A stretch of 64,000 bases of DNA from Lingula anatina (taxonomy: Eukaryota > Animalia > Brachiopoda): positions 12,462,001 through 12,526,000 of the forward strand of contig CM120646.1 of NCBI GenBank assembly GCA_051362555.1, in the 5' to 3' direction. Made by a program: the position numbers and the translations under genes. The notes under the pieces were generated by a model. The model was not told the origin of the DNA, did no database searches, and was given only the letters and a program-made list of their open reading frames with translations. Within the stretch, counting starts at the first letter, position 1. Each line of letters opens with the position of its first letter. Of the stretch, positions 1-13,194 are shown in pieces.

Positions 1-156
1 ATATACATATTTAATTTTTTATTTTCTCAAATTTTCACCTGCAAACTAACAAAAAGTGCCAATGTATCTTTCATTAAGCATACATCAAGATAAATTCATA
101 TGCTGAAATAAAATAAGATCTTTGAAGTTTTGTATGTGTGTGTGTGGGGGGGGGGG

Positions 157-262
157 GGGAGTCAGATTTTCATAACGGAAATTTGATCGGGGAGTCAGAT
201 TTTCATTATGATCATTATGAAAATCAGACTGGGGAGTCACATTTTAGGGGAGTCAGATTTTT
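157..262. repeat. Four spaced copies of GGGAGTCA(G/C)ATTTT
   Basis: Direct repeats plus one inverted copy (AAAATCAGACT); probably the subterminal repeats of a MITE ending GGTACA. Confidence 0.55.
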
Positions 263-307
263 ATGGTACATCGGGTTTATTCAAATTACCAGCTTTATTA
301 AATATTG

Positions 308-963
308 TCTGAAGCATGTTGTTCAAGGTATGTGCAGCAGGCCGTGTTAAATGTCTGGTCCCGCCGCAAAGTGGCCTCATTTTCCTCCAATGTTTATACA
401 TTGTACAGTGGACGACGTGTTTTATAGCATCATGTTTCGATTTGTTGCTTATCGCTATGACCAAGTCTGGCCTGGCTCTTGTTCAATTTAAGCGCATGGC
501 TGCACGTTCTAGTCGAGAGGTGATGAAAATTGAACAAGGAGTTGTGTCATACACCTCTTTCATCGGACTTAGACCCCATTTCCAGAGATTAGATCGATCT
601 ACTTTAGATCGACCTTACTCCCTGGGGGTTCACGCTAAATAGCTATCCGCCGAGCGGACACGAAAGTTAATTACCACCTTACAGCTTGTAGTAGGCGGGA
701 CGGACATTTAAGCCGGATTATCTGACAGTAATCTAGTGAGACTCCCCGCGGGGATAGATCGATCTAAAAGCTCTGGGAATACAGCCACAGACTACGGTTT
801 ACTTATGAAGTGGATGGGACTCGACATCAAATATCGTAAGAGCTGGAGGGCAGGGGGTTGAACCCACCCTCGGGTCCTCACATTATTAACCACGTCAGTC
901 AGCACCTCAGGAAACAGCGTGGTGTACGACATCACCCTTTGTCGCTGTTTTTTTAATGATTAA
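308..963. repeat. Non-coding block duplicated at 4289-4722
   Basis: Shared anchors GTTAAATGTCTG..GCGCAAAGTGG, TGAACAA.GA, TTAACCACGTCAG and CCCTTTGTCG.TGTTTTT..ATGATTAA. Confidence 0.7.
572..786. mobile_element. About 215-bp palindromic MITE family (Harbinger-like), copy 1
   Basis: GACCCCATTTCCAGAGATTAGATCGATC...GATCGATCTAAAAGCTCTGGGAATACAGCC. The empty site is visible in the paralogous block near 4550. Confidence 0.75.
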
Positions 964-1132
964 GCCCGTGTCATGCGCACACACATTACACTAGTAGTCA
1001 CTAAACCATAGTTATAGTTGAGTCAGCAATGACTACTGAATTACTACTGATATGAAAAAGTGTAAAAAAAAAAAATTAAATAAAAAAAAAAAAAAAAAAC
1101 GCCTCCATTCAATTTTTGGGCTTGGACAATAT

Positions 1133-2039
1133 TGTGACGCGAGCCCTCCCCTCGGGAGTCGGGAGAGATGTTGATTTTCCCCAGGGAAAGTATATCCCAA
1201 GCACAAACGACAAGAGTGGCTTTCAAGTAAGACAAACAGATTTAATAAACGTAGAAATCGATTATAAAATTTCAATAAAACGAAAGCAAAGTTAAAGACA
1301 TTTGAGTAACTCGTACGCATTTAAAGTCATTCATGTTGCTCAGTTCAAAATTTCACATAGTTCACAGTTTCTCTTGGAGTCCATAACATAATAATAACGT
1401 CGAACTAAATCTCAAATATAAATCTTGATAATAACGGAAACACTACTGAATGGGTCCAGTCCTCTGTCGCGGCACAATGCTTCGTTTCACATGAACAGTC
1501 CTGGAGAATGGGCTATGTATCCCCTGTAGACTCAGGCATCCCCACCTGCGGCTGCTTCACTTTACACGAAAAATCCTGGAGAATGGGCTATGTATCCCTG
1601 TAGATTCAGGCATCCTCACCTGCAGTTGCTGCATGCCCGGACGCTGAACAATTAAAGCGATAATAAACCAAACGTAAGATAACTCAAATAACTCAGCAAA
1701 AAAGTTACACGAAGGTCTCCAGTCTTCTTGGCTACGGCACATGGCTTGATTACACACAAACAGTCTTGGAGAATAGGAATTTTCCCACCTGGAGTGGCCT
1801 GCTCTCAGGATTTCCACCTGCAGTATCCGACTGTCAGGAATTTCCACGTACACCTCCTCATGCATTGGATAGTCAAAATCGGTAAGAAGTTCTCCATGCC
1901 CGGCTGCTGGTCAACTGAGCTAAAAACGCAAACAAAACCAAAGAACTAAAAAATAACGAAACTAAAGAGTTTTCCCAGTTACGCTAACGCATTACTGGAG
2001 TTGCGGTCTGGTGTGGCGTGATAGACCCGTTCCGTGACA
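1133..2039 (-). mobile_element. Probable solo LTR
   Basis: TGTGACG...CGTGACA termini, near-TSD ATAT/AAAT, ATTAAA on the minus strand about 110 bp from the 3' end, internal direct repeats at 1499-1557 and 1575-1630, and no coding capacity. Confidence 0.45.
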
Positions 2040-2288
2040 AAATCGTTCTGCACTTGCGCATTAAGGGTAGATTGCAAGAAGGAACTTCCGGTATGACGAT
2101 GTCGTCCTAAGTAGGCGCTATGTTTGCACTGAACTATGATCTTTCAATATTCATAATTCATTGGTTTTCGCCATGAGAGAGTATGTATTTGATAATCTTA
2201 TAACTACAGTATACGGGGGAATGTTGGAAATGAGCTTTTGATTGTGACTGAACTGTTTTGCTCTGTGAGAAAAACGTGGTAGATCTTA

Positions 2289-2512
2289 GGGTGTATTCCC
2301 AGAGATTTAGATCGATCCAGAGATTAAGATTAAGATCGACCTAACTCCCTGGGGGTTCACGCTAAATTGCAGTCAGCCGAGCGCGCACCATAGTTAATTA
2401 CCCCCTACAGATTTCAGAAGCCGGGACAGACGTTAAAGCCGGCTAAGCTGACAGTAATCTAGTGAGACTCCCCACAGGGATAGATCGATCTAAAATCTAT
2501 GGAAATGGGGTC
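2289..2512. mobile_element. Palindromic MITE family, copy 2
   Basis: TTA|GGGTGTATTCCC...GGAAATGGGGTC|TAA, with the same core (CTCCCTGGGGGTTCACGCTAAA, GTAATCTAGTGAGACTCCCC). Confidence 0.75.
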
Positions 2513-3863
2513 TAAGACTCGTAGTATAAATGTTTTCACTTAACAATGTTCTTTCAATTCAGAGTTAAGTAATTTTCGTTAAAAAGAAATAGTTTGTTTG
2601 ATAATTCTATAACTTTCTCTACGGGAGAATGTCGGAAATGCATGTGCAGCTACGTACTGTAAGTCAACGGACTGCTACCCCCGCGTGAATAATCATCACG
2701 TGACACCGGAAGACCAGTGTAACTCACGTTTTCGCTTTCCTGTTTCTCTTTGCACGTCTTTTCTTCTCTTTTCGCGTCTTTCTTCCTCCTCGTCTTCAAC
2801 CCGACATTAACGCTTCCACTCCAACGCTCTCCTTGCGTTTTTCCTTTTTCCACGATCTACGTTTGCGTACGTTGTACGTGAGCATCATTTACATCTAGGT
2901 TTCGTCCCCAATGTTGTTTGTTTACATTCTGAGGTCACGAGGTCACGCTATCTATGTCAAGGCTGTATGACGTAACACATGTTCTCCCATGGCGGCTCCC
3001 ATGTTCGGCTGTTTATGCACGGCAGTGCGGTAATAGTACGTATTTCAGGTAAAACAACGCTAACTAGAAATAATCTTCATCAAATTACAGAAAGGGTCGG
3101 GGTGCGACCCGGTCACGTTACAATATTACTAAAATTTGATGGTAAACTTCAAATTCACCAGTTAATGAATTGTAAATATGACAGCCTTTATCTAGTCCAT
3201 GCGCTCTCTTCTATCCGCCTACATCATACCAGTATTGTTGTCTCTAGACGTACATGAACAGATACAGATACAGATAGTCCAGGCCAGGGGGTGGAAACGT
3301 CAGTACCGGATATTGGTTTGTGACCTTGAGGGGCAATTAGGCTTGGTCTTTGCGGCACGCATGAACAGTACTACCACACCTGGGTCTTTTGTTTTTGACA
3401 ACTGTTCACTCGTCAACGAGGTGATTGTTCAAGACTACACACTGATATCTACTAGTACTACCAGTGGCTTCATTAGTCACGTTCCCACAATACATGGTTT
3501 TCTGTCTGTGCGTACATACCGTGAATTTGGCCAGCCTCACTGACGAGAACAATGGACGTTTCTCACCCCTCTCTAGGATTACCCCTGTCCAGGCTAAATA
3601 GACCACTGTAAGAACTTGTGCGGATATTTTTTCTCTGAATGTTGACGATTATTTTGGAGTTATGAAATGTCATGATTCTAAACGGTAAAGAGATGCACAT
3701 AGCTAGATTTCTTCTGCAAATTTGGACTAAAAAGGTTAATGAGATTAAATAGGGCGTTTATGTCTAAGATTATTGGCGGTCATTTTGGTTGCTTCGTGTT
3801 ACCCATGCAGGGATCCTTCTAGACTATTAGTATGTTGCTTAGGAGACTTCAAAGAAATTCAGG

Positions 3864-3906
<43 letters not shown>

Positions 3907-4069
3907 TGTTGCAATTTTCTCATGGTTCACGAGTATACTGTCCGCAATAAAATTCGTTATCCAAGCTGTCGGAAGCCCAGTGTGGTGGAACAAATTACTA
4001 GTAGCGCACATTAAGTGATTGCAGTTTTGTAGCCGGTGTTAGAAGGAGGACAGTATGTCACCTGTACAA

Positions 4070-4270
4070 TGTAATGGGGAACGGACTACAGTTCCTAGCG
4101 GACTACTATTCCTGTTATAATTAACACGCATTCACAATACGAGTATCAATATCAACTGGTAAGGATGCAATGCATTTCAACAAAGGCGTCTGTCTCATTT
4201 TTGTGAAAGGTGTAAGTCAACAAATGTGTCCTTCTCGGCTTACAATATACTGATATAGTTTTTTCCCTAA
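4070..4270. repeat. Non-coding block duplicated at about 6675-6870
   Basis: Shared CAACTGGTAAGGATGCAATGCATTTCA..AAAGGCG..TGTCTCATTTTTGTGAAAG..GTAAGTCAACA. Confidence 0.75.
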
Positions 4271-4814
4271 AAATTGGCCCCCAGGTGTCTGAAGCACGTG
4301 CACGTTATTAAGGGTGTCAGAAGCAGGTCATGTTAAATGTCTGATACCGGCGCAAAGTGGTTTCATATCTTCGTTCCCATGAAGCAGACGAGGTGTTAAA
4401 TAGCATCATTTTTTCCTATTTGTTGCTGGTAGCTATAAAAAAGTCTCGCAATTTGTATAATTTATGTATATGGATGCACGTACATGTACGTGTCGAAATC
4501 CAGTTAGCAATTATGCAAACTGAACAAAGATTTGTCTCACACCCCCTTCATCTGAGACAGACTGCAAATGACTTAAAAGCAGATGAAACTCGACACCATA
4601 TATCATAAGCACCGGAGAAAAGGGGGTCTAACTATCCCCCACTTTTAACCACGTCAGCCATAAATCAGAAACAGTGTCAGGTAGGACTCCCAACCCTTTG
4701 TCGTTGTTTTTATTATGATTAAACGTAACATATACTGAAAAGCTAATTATCTTGCCCTTTAAAATGTTTAAACCCCTCTAATAAAAAAAGTGATCCATTC
4801 TGTCTACCTTGTTA

Positions 4815-6489
4815 CAGTGTATGAAATTCAGGAAATTACTAGCCAGACCGCCGGGCAGGTAACTCTAAAAAGTTAGCAGCCCGGCCATATAGTTACCTGC
4901 CCTAGTTACGATAACACCTAGAGTTAAGAGAGGTATACTGAGGGGGTCTAGAATGCATTCTTGGGAGAGTAATTTGGAAATGAAAGGGCAATATCGTGCC
5001 TTATGTATGGAAATTTAGAAATTGTTTGGAATTTCTACTGTCAGTGTTGGATTTAGAGGGGGTCAGGGGGCTCCTGACGCCCCCCTTTTACGCCGTTTTT
5101 TTTCAAAAAAACTCACCTCTTGAAATAAGACTTTCACTAGTTGAATCATAGTTCTAAACCATACCAAATGGCACCACTCACCATCTAAAATACCAAAAAT
5201 GTTCAGGGCCCTTTAGCGGGCGGGGGAGGGCGGGGGTAGTCAATTCAGTTTATGCTCACCTTGCAAGCTGTCTCATTTCTTCTTCAATAATTTATTCATA
5301 ACTTTTATTCCGATTTCGTGATATCATTTGATCATAATTTTCGCTTTTCTGTATAGCAACAAGTATGACCAAATATATATATTGTTGTCAAATAAATCGA
5401 TCTCTGTGCTAACAATAAAGAAGAAAGAATATAGCATGTAGCGTCCCTTTGAATATCGCTTTTAAGCTTTAAAAAGCGATCAGGAACAGTCCTGCACGCT
5501 AATGGCCCATAGACAGTCCTGCAGGGCCCCGTATCTCGAAAGCATTGCTTATTGAGAAAAGCTATATATATCACATAGAGGCTACAATATATAATATGGG
5601 GCAAGTATGGGCGAGTTATTGGATCGAGATGGTTGCGCTCGATCGCAATGCGTGATACTTTCGAGTTACGGTTTTACAAAAAATGTTGCCGCTCGACTAA
5701 TTGCAAATCGAAGTCACCTTTCCATTGGCCCCAATTTGTTCTCTTTCGTTTGGTTCTGTCGTAATCTTTGTTAGTTTTATTTCTTTCCTCAATTGTTTTT
5801 CTTTTGTGAACTTCTCTATCGGACTTGATAGAATTTTTTTCATTTTTGACAGCCCAAGATGAAAGCACGTGGGAAAAGAACTACATCTGACGCACGGCGT
5901 AAACTCGTACGTTCACTTATAATTTTGGGATTCAATTTTTTTTGTAAAATTCTCCTTTAATTTGCCTTTATTACTGTTGCTCCGTTGCCTTTATTACTGT
6001 TGATTATAAGCACTTCATGTACCTATAAGTCTATTTAATCAATATCATAACTTTTTATACTTTCACATTTTTATTACTCTCGACCTACAAATTGCTACTC
6101 GCGATATCTCCTCTACACAAAACAATGACGTAACGTTATCTGCTGTGCACTGAAGCTGGTTAAGAACAATGTGCCTCGTTTCAAATTGTCTTTCAACTTC
6201 ATATTACACAGACGGAACTTCAAAAACGAGGCCACTGAGAGGGAGACTGTTGGTTACATTTCGATACGAGCGCAAGCTATGGTTAGTTCTTTGCTTCTAT
6301 GAAAGTGGGTGAAAACAGTGAGTTTATTTGATATTTTGCTGAAATCGCTTGTGAACATAGACAAAATAAAAGGTGAAAATAGGCTGTAAAAATAGCCAGC
6401 CCGTCGGGCGGGTAATCTGCAAATCTTACCCGCCCGGCCTGAAAGTTACCAGCCTCGGGCTGGCGGGCAGGCGGCCATTTCATACACTG
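4815..6489. mobile_element. Non-autonomous hAT-like element
   Basis: 13-bp TIR CAGTGTATGAAAT...ATTTCATACACTG with GC-rich subterminal repeats (GCCCG/CGGGC..GGTAA) at both ends. The TSD is imperfect (CTTGTTA appears on both sides but is offset on the right). Confidence 0.55.
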
Positions 6490-6555
6490 CAACTTGTTAT
6501 TATGCCCGATGCGATCCGTCCTTTGGGAGAAAACGTCCTTATGAGAGCGCTCAGT

Positions 6556-6719
6556 TGTGGCAGGAATGGTAGTCCTTGGAATGGAAGTTCTGGGTCCCAT
6601 ATGATAAGTACAGGTTAGGGTTAGTCTGAGTACTGGGATTAGTATATGAAACGAGTGTCCCCTATAAAAAGTAACGGAGAAGGAACTACGGTTTTCAGCG
6701 GACTACCATTCCTATTACA
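6556..6719. mobile_element. TGT..ACA MITE, opposite orientation to 39714-39847
   Basis: TGTGGCAGGAATGGTAGTCC...GGACTACCATTCCTATTACA; the internal GTACAGGTTAGGGTTAG is shared. Confidence 0.65.
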
Positions 6720-7505
6720 ACGTATTCACGATACTAATATCAATGCCAACTGGTAAGGATGCAATGCATTTCATCAAAGGCGAATGTCTCATTTTTGTGA
6801 AAGTAGTAAGTCAACACGTGTCTGGCCTCGCCTTTTCGGTTTACAATTTACTGCTATAATTTTTTCCACAAAAAAATTAAGCAAGTAAGGCACGCCAGTG
6901 ACACCCACAGTTTGTGTGATAATTGGCCGTTATATTCTGTTTTATACTCCAGTATTACCCAGTATGGAAATAAATCAATTGTAATTTATGAGTGATATTA
7001 ATCAGGTATATAAAAATCATATAAAATACCTGTCGCTGATTTGAGTGAGATGCTCACTAATTAATGGACTGACCCTCACACGGCGCGTTGAAATTCAAGG
7101 GATCCCGCACGCGTTTTATTATGTCTCCGAGCCACTTTTTTTCAGCCTGCAAAGCTTATCTTTCCCCATTCAGACCTCAAAGCGATATCGGCAGCGTATC
7201 TAATGTAGTTACCTATATAGTATTTCATTCTGAGCCTTAGATCATCGCAATGCCCAAGCCTTCACATATCATGACTTCCTGCGAGAAAAAACCGTCTATA
7301 TTACGTTTGACTGGAAAAAAGGATACCATTTAACTCAAACATTAGCCGACACGTACATTTATAAAATTATGTTGCTCGATCAAAAAAATATGTGACTTTT
7401 TTGTGGATAATGTAAAAACCGCACACGCCGTTTCTTCATCATCATCATTATTATTATTATTTCTTTCAAAAATCAAAATCTCAACTGAAAGAAAAGCGCG
7501 AGAAA

Positions 7506-8630
7506 ATGGACCAGTGCCCTGAAACTGACGGAAACCCAACAAACCAGTTCTGGCAACGATTGCAGAGAGGACTGAGGCATTACGACTTGCCGGAAACCGA
7601 AGACAGAACGAAGGTGATTTACTTCAAATTTAAAAAGGAATCGTTTTCTTCACTGACTTTTGTCTGTCAACAAATTGTGTGTTTATTTAAGAAATGAGCC
7701 AATTCATACCCGTTTTATGTAAAAATAAAATAAAAAAATGGTTGAATATGAATAATTCGCTATTTTAACAACCCATTGGATTATTGAAGATGTTATTTCC
7801 TTTGTAATTTTGCACCCCATTTCCATAGATTAGATCGACCTACTTTGGATCGACCTAACTCCCTGGGGGTTCACGCTAAATAGCTGTCAGCCGGGCGGAC
7901 ACGAAAGTTAATTACCCCCTTAAAGCTTGTAGTAGGCGGGACGGACATTTAAGTCGGATTATCTGAAAGTAATCTAGTGAGACTCCCCGCGGGGATAGAT
8001 CGATCTAAAATCTATGGGAATAGAGCCTTAGTTTTATTGCTCATGAAGTAGCATTGTAATGGGTCCATAGGCCCCTACCAGTCTAATCAGAAATCAAGCC
8101 ACAAGGTTTTATAAGGCAGTTATATTCAAAATTTGGAGAACAATGTGCTTGCTGTAAAGAAGATCTCATATATTTCCAGAATCCACGACCACATTCAACA
8201 ATTGAAGAGATCACAATGGTGGTGGTGGGGGAACCATTCACCTGCTTGAGCCTGTGTTTAGAGGGTGGAAAGCAGTGTCCTGGTGGTTTGTTACTGGTAC
8301 CCTCTTCAGCATGGCTTCAGAAAGAACCCTCCAACAGTTCCAATACTCAAGGAGATCTGCAAACCTTACGAGTACACAAGGCTATTACATTTGACTCCTG
8401 TGGTCGAACATTTTTGGACATTTTCAACCCAGCTCGCCGTGTCACTTACTTGATGAACCTTTCCACGGGTAATTCTAATATATTTACATATAGTGTACAG
8501 TGCATACATACTTATACACAGTGCATACATATCAATGTCCTTTAATTTCTACTCATTTATCATGTATAAATCAATTCTTACACAAACACAATAATTAGAT
8601 AACATAACTGTGCAATGTATAAGTAGCCCT

Positions 8631-8698
<68 letters not shown>

Positions 8699-11600
8699 TG
8701 AAAACATCTCTTTTGGTAGGTGAAAACTTGTGCGTTGCCAATAATCTGGATTTCGAGATGGATTTAGTATGCCCAGTGGGAGTCACAGAGAAGTTAGCGC
8801 GGCGTTTAGATAATCGAATTGTCACGCGCATTCTGACAGCGGACGCTGGCGTAGCCTATCCTGACACCCTGGCATTCTCGTACAGACCAAGAATATCCTA
8901 CAATCCTGGAACACACAGTATATTTGTGATCCCACTTGAAGATGTACGAGAGAGCGAAGCGACGATCACGAAGGAGCTAGGTGTTTTTATGGGTTCTATG
9001 TCGAATAAAGGGATAAAAAAGGTATCTATTTTTTTTAAAAGGTATTTATTTTCGTATAGGTTGGATGACGAAACTCTATTGACATTTCACAAAATCATAA
9101 ATTTTGAATAGTAAGTCAATGGCATTTTATTTAATTTCACTGCAACTGGAATATAATGGTATTTAATATCTTTTGTTTTGTGTTGTACAAAAATCATACA
9201 AAGTATAGTATAAAATGTAAAACAATATAATTCCGCTGTGTTTAACTTACCGCTGAATCTTGATGAAGGCGATAATTGACAACTGCTGTATTTAGTTAGG
9301 TTATTTATATTTTTCAACTGAAGGTAGTCGTGAAAGCGCCAGGGTCAGGATCACCTAAAACGTTGTATTATTCTACCAAAGACGTAGCGGGCGTTTACAG
9401 CGCTGTGTGGCAGACGCTGATGGCCTTGGAAGAGGCGGAGATGCAAGGGAGTGTTGTTGTGGAGTCATTCTGTGAGACCGCTAAGCCATTGCCAGTTCCT
9501 TGCCGGGATTATGAAGAACGCGCAGGTATATATTGTGAGGTTTTAGACACAGTAGCATTTACAACATAAATAATTCTTCTCTTTTTCCTTTTTACGCTGT
9601 ATCCCCCTTTGTTCAACAGAGGATGGCGACCGTCATGCATTGTTTAAAAATTAGGATTAGGATGTTTTTTAAAATTCAAATTAATTTTGAATATTATTCA
9701 TTTGTAATTTCATTCAAATATAAAGACGCTGTCTCACTTGCGAGCTCTTAAAATGGCACTCTTCAGTATATTCTACAATATTTAGGATGGCTTTATTAGT
9801 TTATGTGCTCTGAGCTGGCTGCTTCTGGCAGTCTGCTTTGTTATAACCAACAAGGCTTGTTTACATCTTTGCATTTTTAATTTTCTGTTATTTGTTTCAG
9901 TCGGTATCGAGACCAAGCCGCTGTCCAGCACAGTTCGAGCTGTCGTCTGCTCCACTCCTGACGGGAATCAGCTGGTTTCAGATATCGTCTGCGGCGTTGG
10001 TCATGCAGACATGACGCTCCATTGTACCAATACATTTCCGTTGTCATTGGAAAGCTTTTTAATTCAGTGGGGGTTACAAGATGGAGCCAAAATTGAGAAG
10101 GTAAATGTACATGGGGAGAGGTAGAGCTATTTGGACATTATTCATTTTTTAATTATATAACATCATTACACCTCATGATACTTACTAGCATTTTTTGGGT
10201 GGGGTGGGGTGGGAAGCGGGGTGGGGTGGGGTGGAGGGGCTATCAGATGTAAGTGTTTTTCTTTTTTGCCCAATACCCTATAGAACCATCTTAATCCATT
10301 TGTTCTCTATACATAAAGGTCTGAGATGAGCCATTCTTCATGTCTGAGATAACATATATCGAATTAACCAGACCCCCTTTTGGGCTTAATACAGGGAAGC
10401 ATCTTTTTTAAGGGAGCCCTGACATTAATAACTTTATTAGAGTATTTTTCTTACATAAAACATTTTTAAATATCATTTTTAGAAAATTATCAACATTCTG
10501 GGAATTCTTATAATGGCATTCGACGGTAAACAAAAACAAACTGAAACTGAATAAATCTAAAAAAAAAGAAACGTTTCGGTGCAGAGTCTTAAGTCAACAA
10601 ACATGGTAAAATTTTATTGTTTCCTTGAAAAAGGAGACAGCACAATTAAACTCTGTCTCCTTGTAGTATTTTATACTGGAGTGGGGTCAAGGTCACAAAG
10701 GTTTATAAGGTCATCGTTCCATTTAATTTCATATCCATTTTATTTGATTTTTTGAAATTCCATTTCGTTGTTGAAGAATAGTGCATGACAAATATTTATC
10801 TCATTATGATTGATAGATATGGAAATAAATTTTACCGATCCAAATTATCGTGCATCTGCCACGTGTTAAAATTGACAAATAATATGACATTCAGATAAAG
10901 TCAGTGGTCAAGGAAAAAGCAGAGACCATTCTTGAAAGGTGGATGAGGTACGAAAACAACATGAACAAAGAAGAACGCGGGGCATTATCCGCAAGTACAA
11001 GTGTTTTAGGTATGTATATATCCCTTGAAGTAGGTTTTTATGTCTTGTTTTCAATGAGATGAGAAGTACAATTTACCTTCTGGATGATATTCTTCATACA
11101 TTGTAATAAATGGAATGTGCGATAAACTGGCTCGCTTGCTCTAAAGGCATCAGTCATAACACACCACAAAGCATTTGTGTCGCAAATTAAGAAAAAAGTG
11201 TTTATCTGCAAAACGAGTAATATCAATTTGCGTACCGTCTTAAAAGGTGGGTACATCTTTGAACATGCAATTACGAAAACGCTGTCTACGTGGTCCAATT
11301 CCATGTAAGATATTGCCTATTAAAAGCTGGGATTTTTGTAGGTGTCAATTTTATCCTGACCCAAAAGGAAGACGGCAGTTACGACGCCGTGGCTATAAGT
11401 ATCAATAACAGCAGGAAAGCCATCGCGAACACGCAGATCTACGAGTCTCAAAACCCTGCCAAGCTTGGGAGTAGTCTACGACCCCTAGTGGCAACCATGG
11501 TGAACCGTAGTCAGAGATTCCTTCTGCGAGGAAAGAAAATTCTTCTCATAGGCGCCGCAGAAAACTTTGTTTGGGAAGCCGCGGAAGAATATGATATTAA

Positions 11601-13194
11601 GGTAAATTTTTTAATGGAAATGTTTTTTTTATCAATCATTCAGGCGAATGAAACCTCATTTACCTAACAGATGCTATTATAGACTTAATCGATTATACAT
11701 GTACATGATTTGTACATTTTGTCTCTGTATTCACAATGTTTTATTAAAGATCTATGTTAGCCTACCGAGGTTTATTAATTTTCAAAATGCATTGTTTATA
11801 ATACTTTGTAAAGCATGACACTTTATTCAATGGTAGACATTTGACAATATATGTGGAATTTGTCCTTATCTATAGGGGTAACCCCTCAATTGTTTGAGGT
11901 GCATGCTGTTTATATGTGCTTCGGTCTAATATTTTAGATAGTTTTGATCGATCCAAATCCCAATCACAGTGCGGCTAAAAGAGTTCACAAGTTTATTCAG
12001 TGTGATATAGGAGACCACACCCATGATGACGACAATACGGAGAAGATTGTTCAAATAGTACGTGCACATAATCTAGCCATAGACGGCTGCATGACCGTGG
12101 TGGAAGATTACGTTCCTTTGGCGTCACTGGTGTGCAAGGCACTGCGCATGATCGGAAGTTCACCTGAGGTCGCAAGGATATCCAAGAAGAAAAGCCTCAC
12201 CCAAAGAGCTTTAGAAGAAGAAAGCTCTAGAAACAAAATCCCTTTTTTGCCCAACCCCTCTCTGTTTGCCATCAAAACTCTCGAAATTAACCAACCCGGG
12301 GATGTGACGGGCTCGTCAAACCTTATCCAATACCCCGCCCTTTTGAAGCCAGAGTACGGGTGTTGTTCCTTTGGAATAGCCTTAGTCAAGGACGAGAAAG
12401 ATTGTATGAAGCGCTTTATAAGCACCCAGAATATCCTTAGAATGTCGGAGGAAATATGTTTCGGGATGAATCACGGGAACCAAATGCACTTAGCTGAATA
12501 TGCACAAGGAATCAAACACGGAGTAGAGGTGGTCGTCTTTAGGGGCAAACTTATAGCGGCATTCATCTCAGATTGTGGTCCTTCACGCCTCCCACTGTTC
12601 TTTGAGACTACAGCATGTATGCCCTCGTGTTTACCCCTTGATAAGCAACAGCAGCTAGTTACAGCAACGTCCCAATGTCTTACCGCAATTGGTGTCACCG
12701 ACGGTGTCTTTAGCGTTGAGTTTAAAACGACTCCTACGGGACCAAAACTGATAGAGATAAATGGGCGGGTGTCTTCGGTGTTCTATCGCAATTGGATACG
12801 GATTATCTACGAAGTGGACATCCTTTTCCAAAATTTTCTGATCGCGTGTGGGATTCAACCGTGCGTCCAACCGCTAGAGCCTTCTTGCCAACTCATGGGG
12901 GTTACGTGTTTCCAAACAGCTCACGCCAAAGTGCTGACACGACCGGGAGTTGCTACGCCAGATATCCTTGTCGAAGCTCACGAGCGGGGAGAAATAATAT
13001 TCTTCGACATTAGCCCGCCTGTAGAGGATGAAAGAGTTCACGAAAAGGAATTATGCCAGATAGCCGTAAAAGGAGAATCAGTAAGTGATGCGAAGAGAAA
13101 GCTGTTGGCAATATGTAAGAAATATGGCGTCGACAACCCAGAGTATCAAGTGGAACACATGCTTTCCACATTTGTTGAGTTTCCAAAACTCTAA
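7506..13194 (+). CDS. CARNS1: Carnosine synthase 1-like (tandem ATP-grasp peptide ligase), 8 exons, about 910 aa
   Basis: Exons 7506-7613, 8180-8468, 8720-9021, 9324-9525, 9901-10100, 10895-11009, 11342-11601, 11938-13194. All introns are GT-AG, phases are compatible, total 2733 nt with no stop. Motifs match CARNS1: LQRGLRHYDLPETEDRT, LEGGKQCPG, KAITFD..GRTFLDIFNPARRVTY, DLVCPVG..EKLARRLDNR, VRAVVC, FVWEAAEEY, AAFISDCGP..LPLFFETTACMPS, GVFSVEFK..GPKLIEIN. Confidence 0.9.
7813..8027. mobile_element. Palindromic MITE family, copy 3 (CARNS1-like intron 1)
   Basis: Highly similar to 572-786 along its whole length. Confidence 0.8.

Noticed and set aside
3773-4018. Poly-lysine ORFs
   Set aside because: They are products of a poly-A run of about 39 nt, and no associated TSD or retrocopy was identified.
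6605-6630. Telomere-like GGTTAGGGTTAG
   Set aside because: Only about two units, and internal to a MITE family (also at about 39795).
11938-13194. Intronless bacterial-like ATP-grasp ORF suggesting horizontal transfer
   Set aside because: It is the long terminal exon of a spliced CARNS1-like gene with seven upstream exons.
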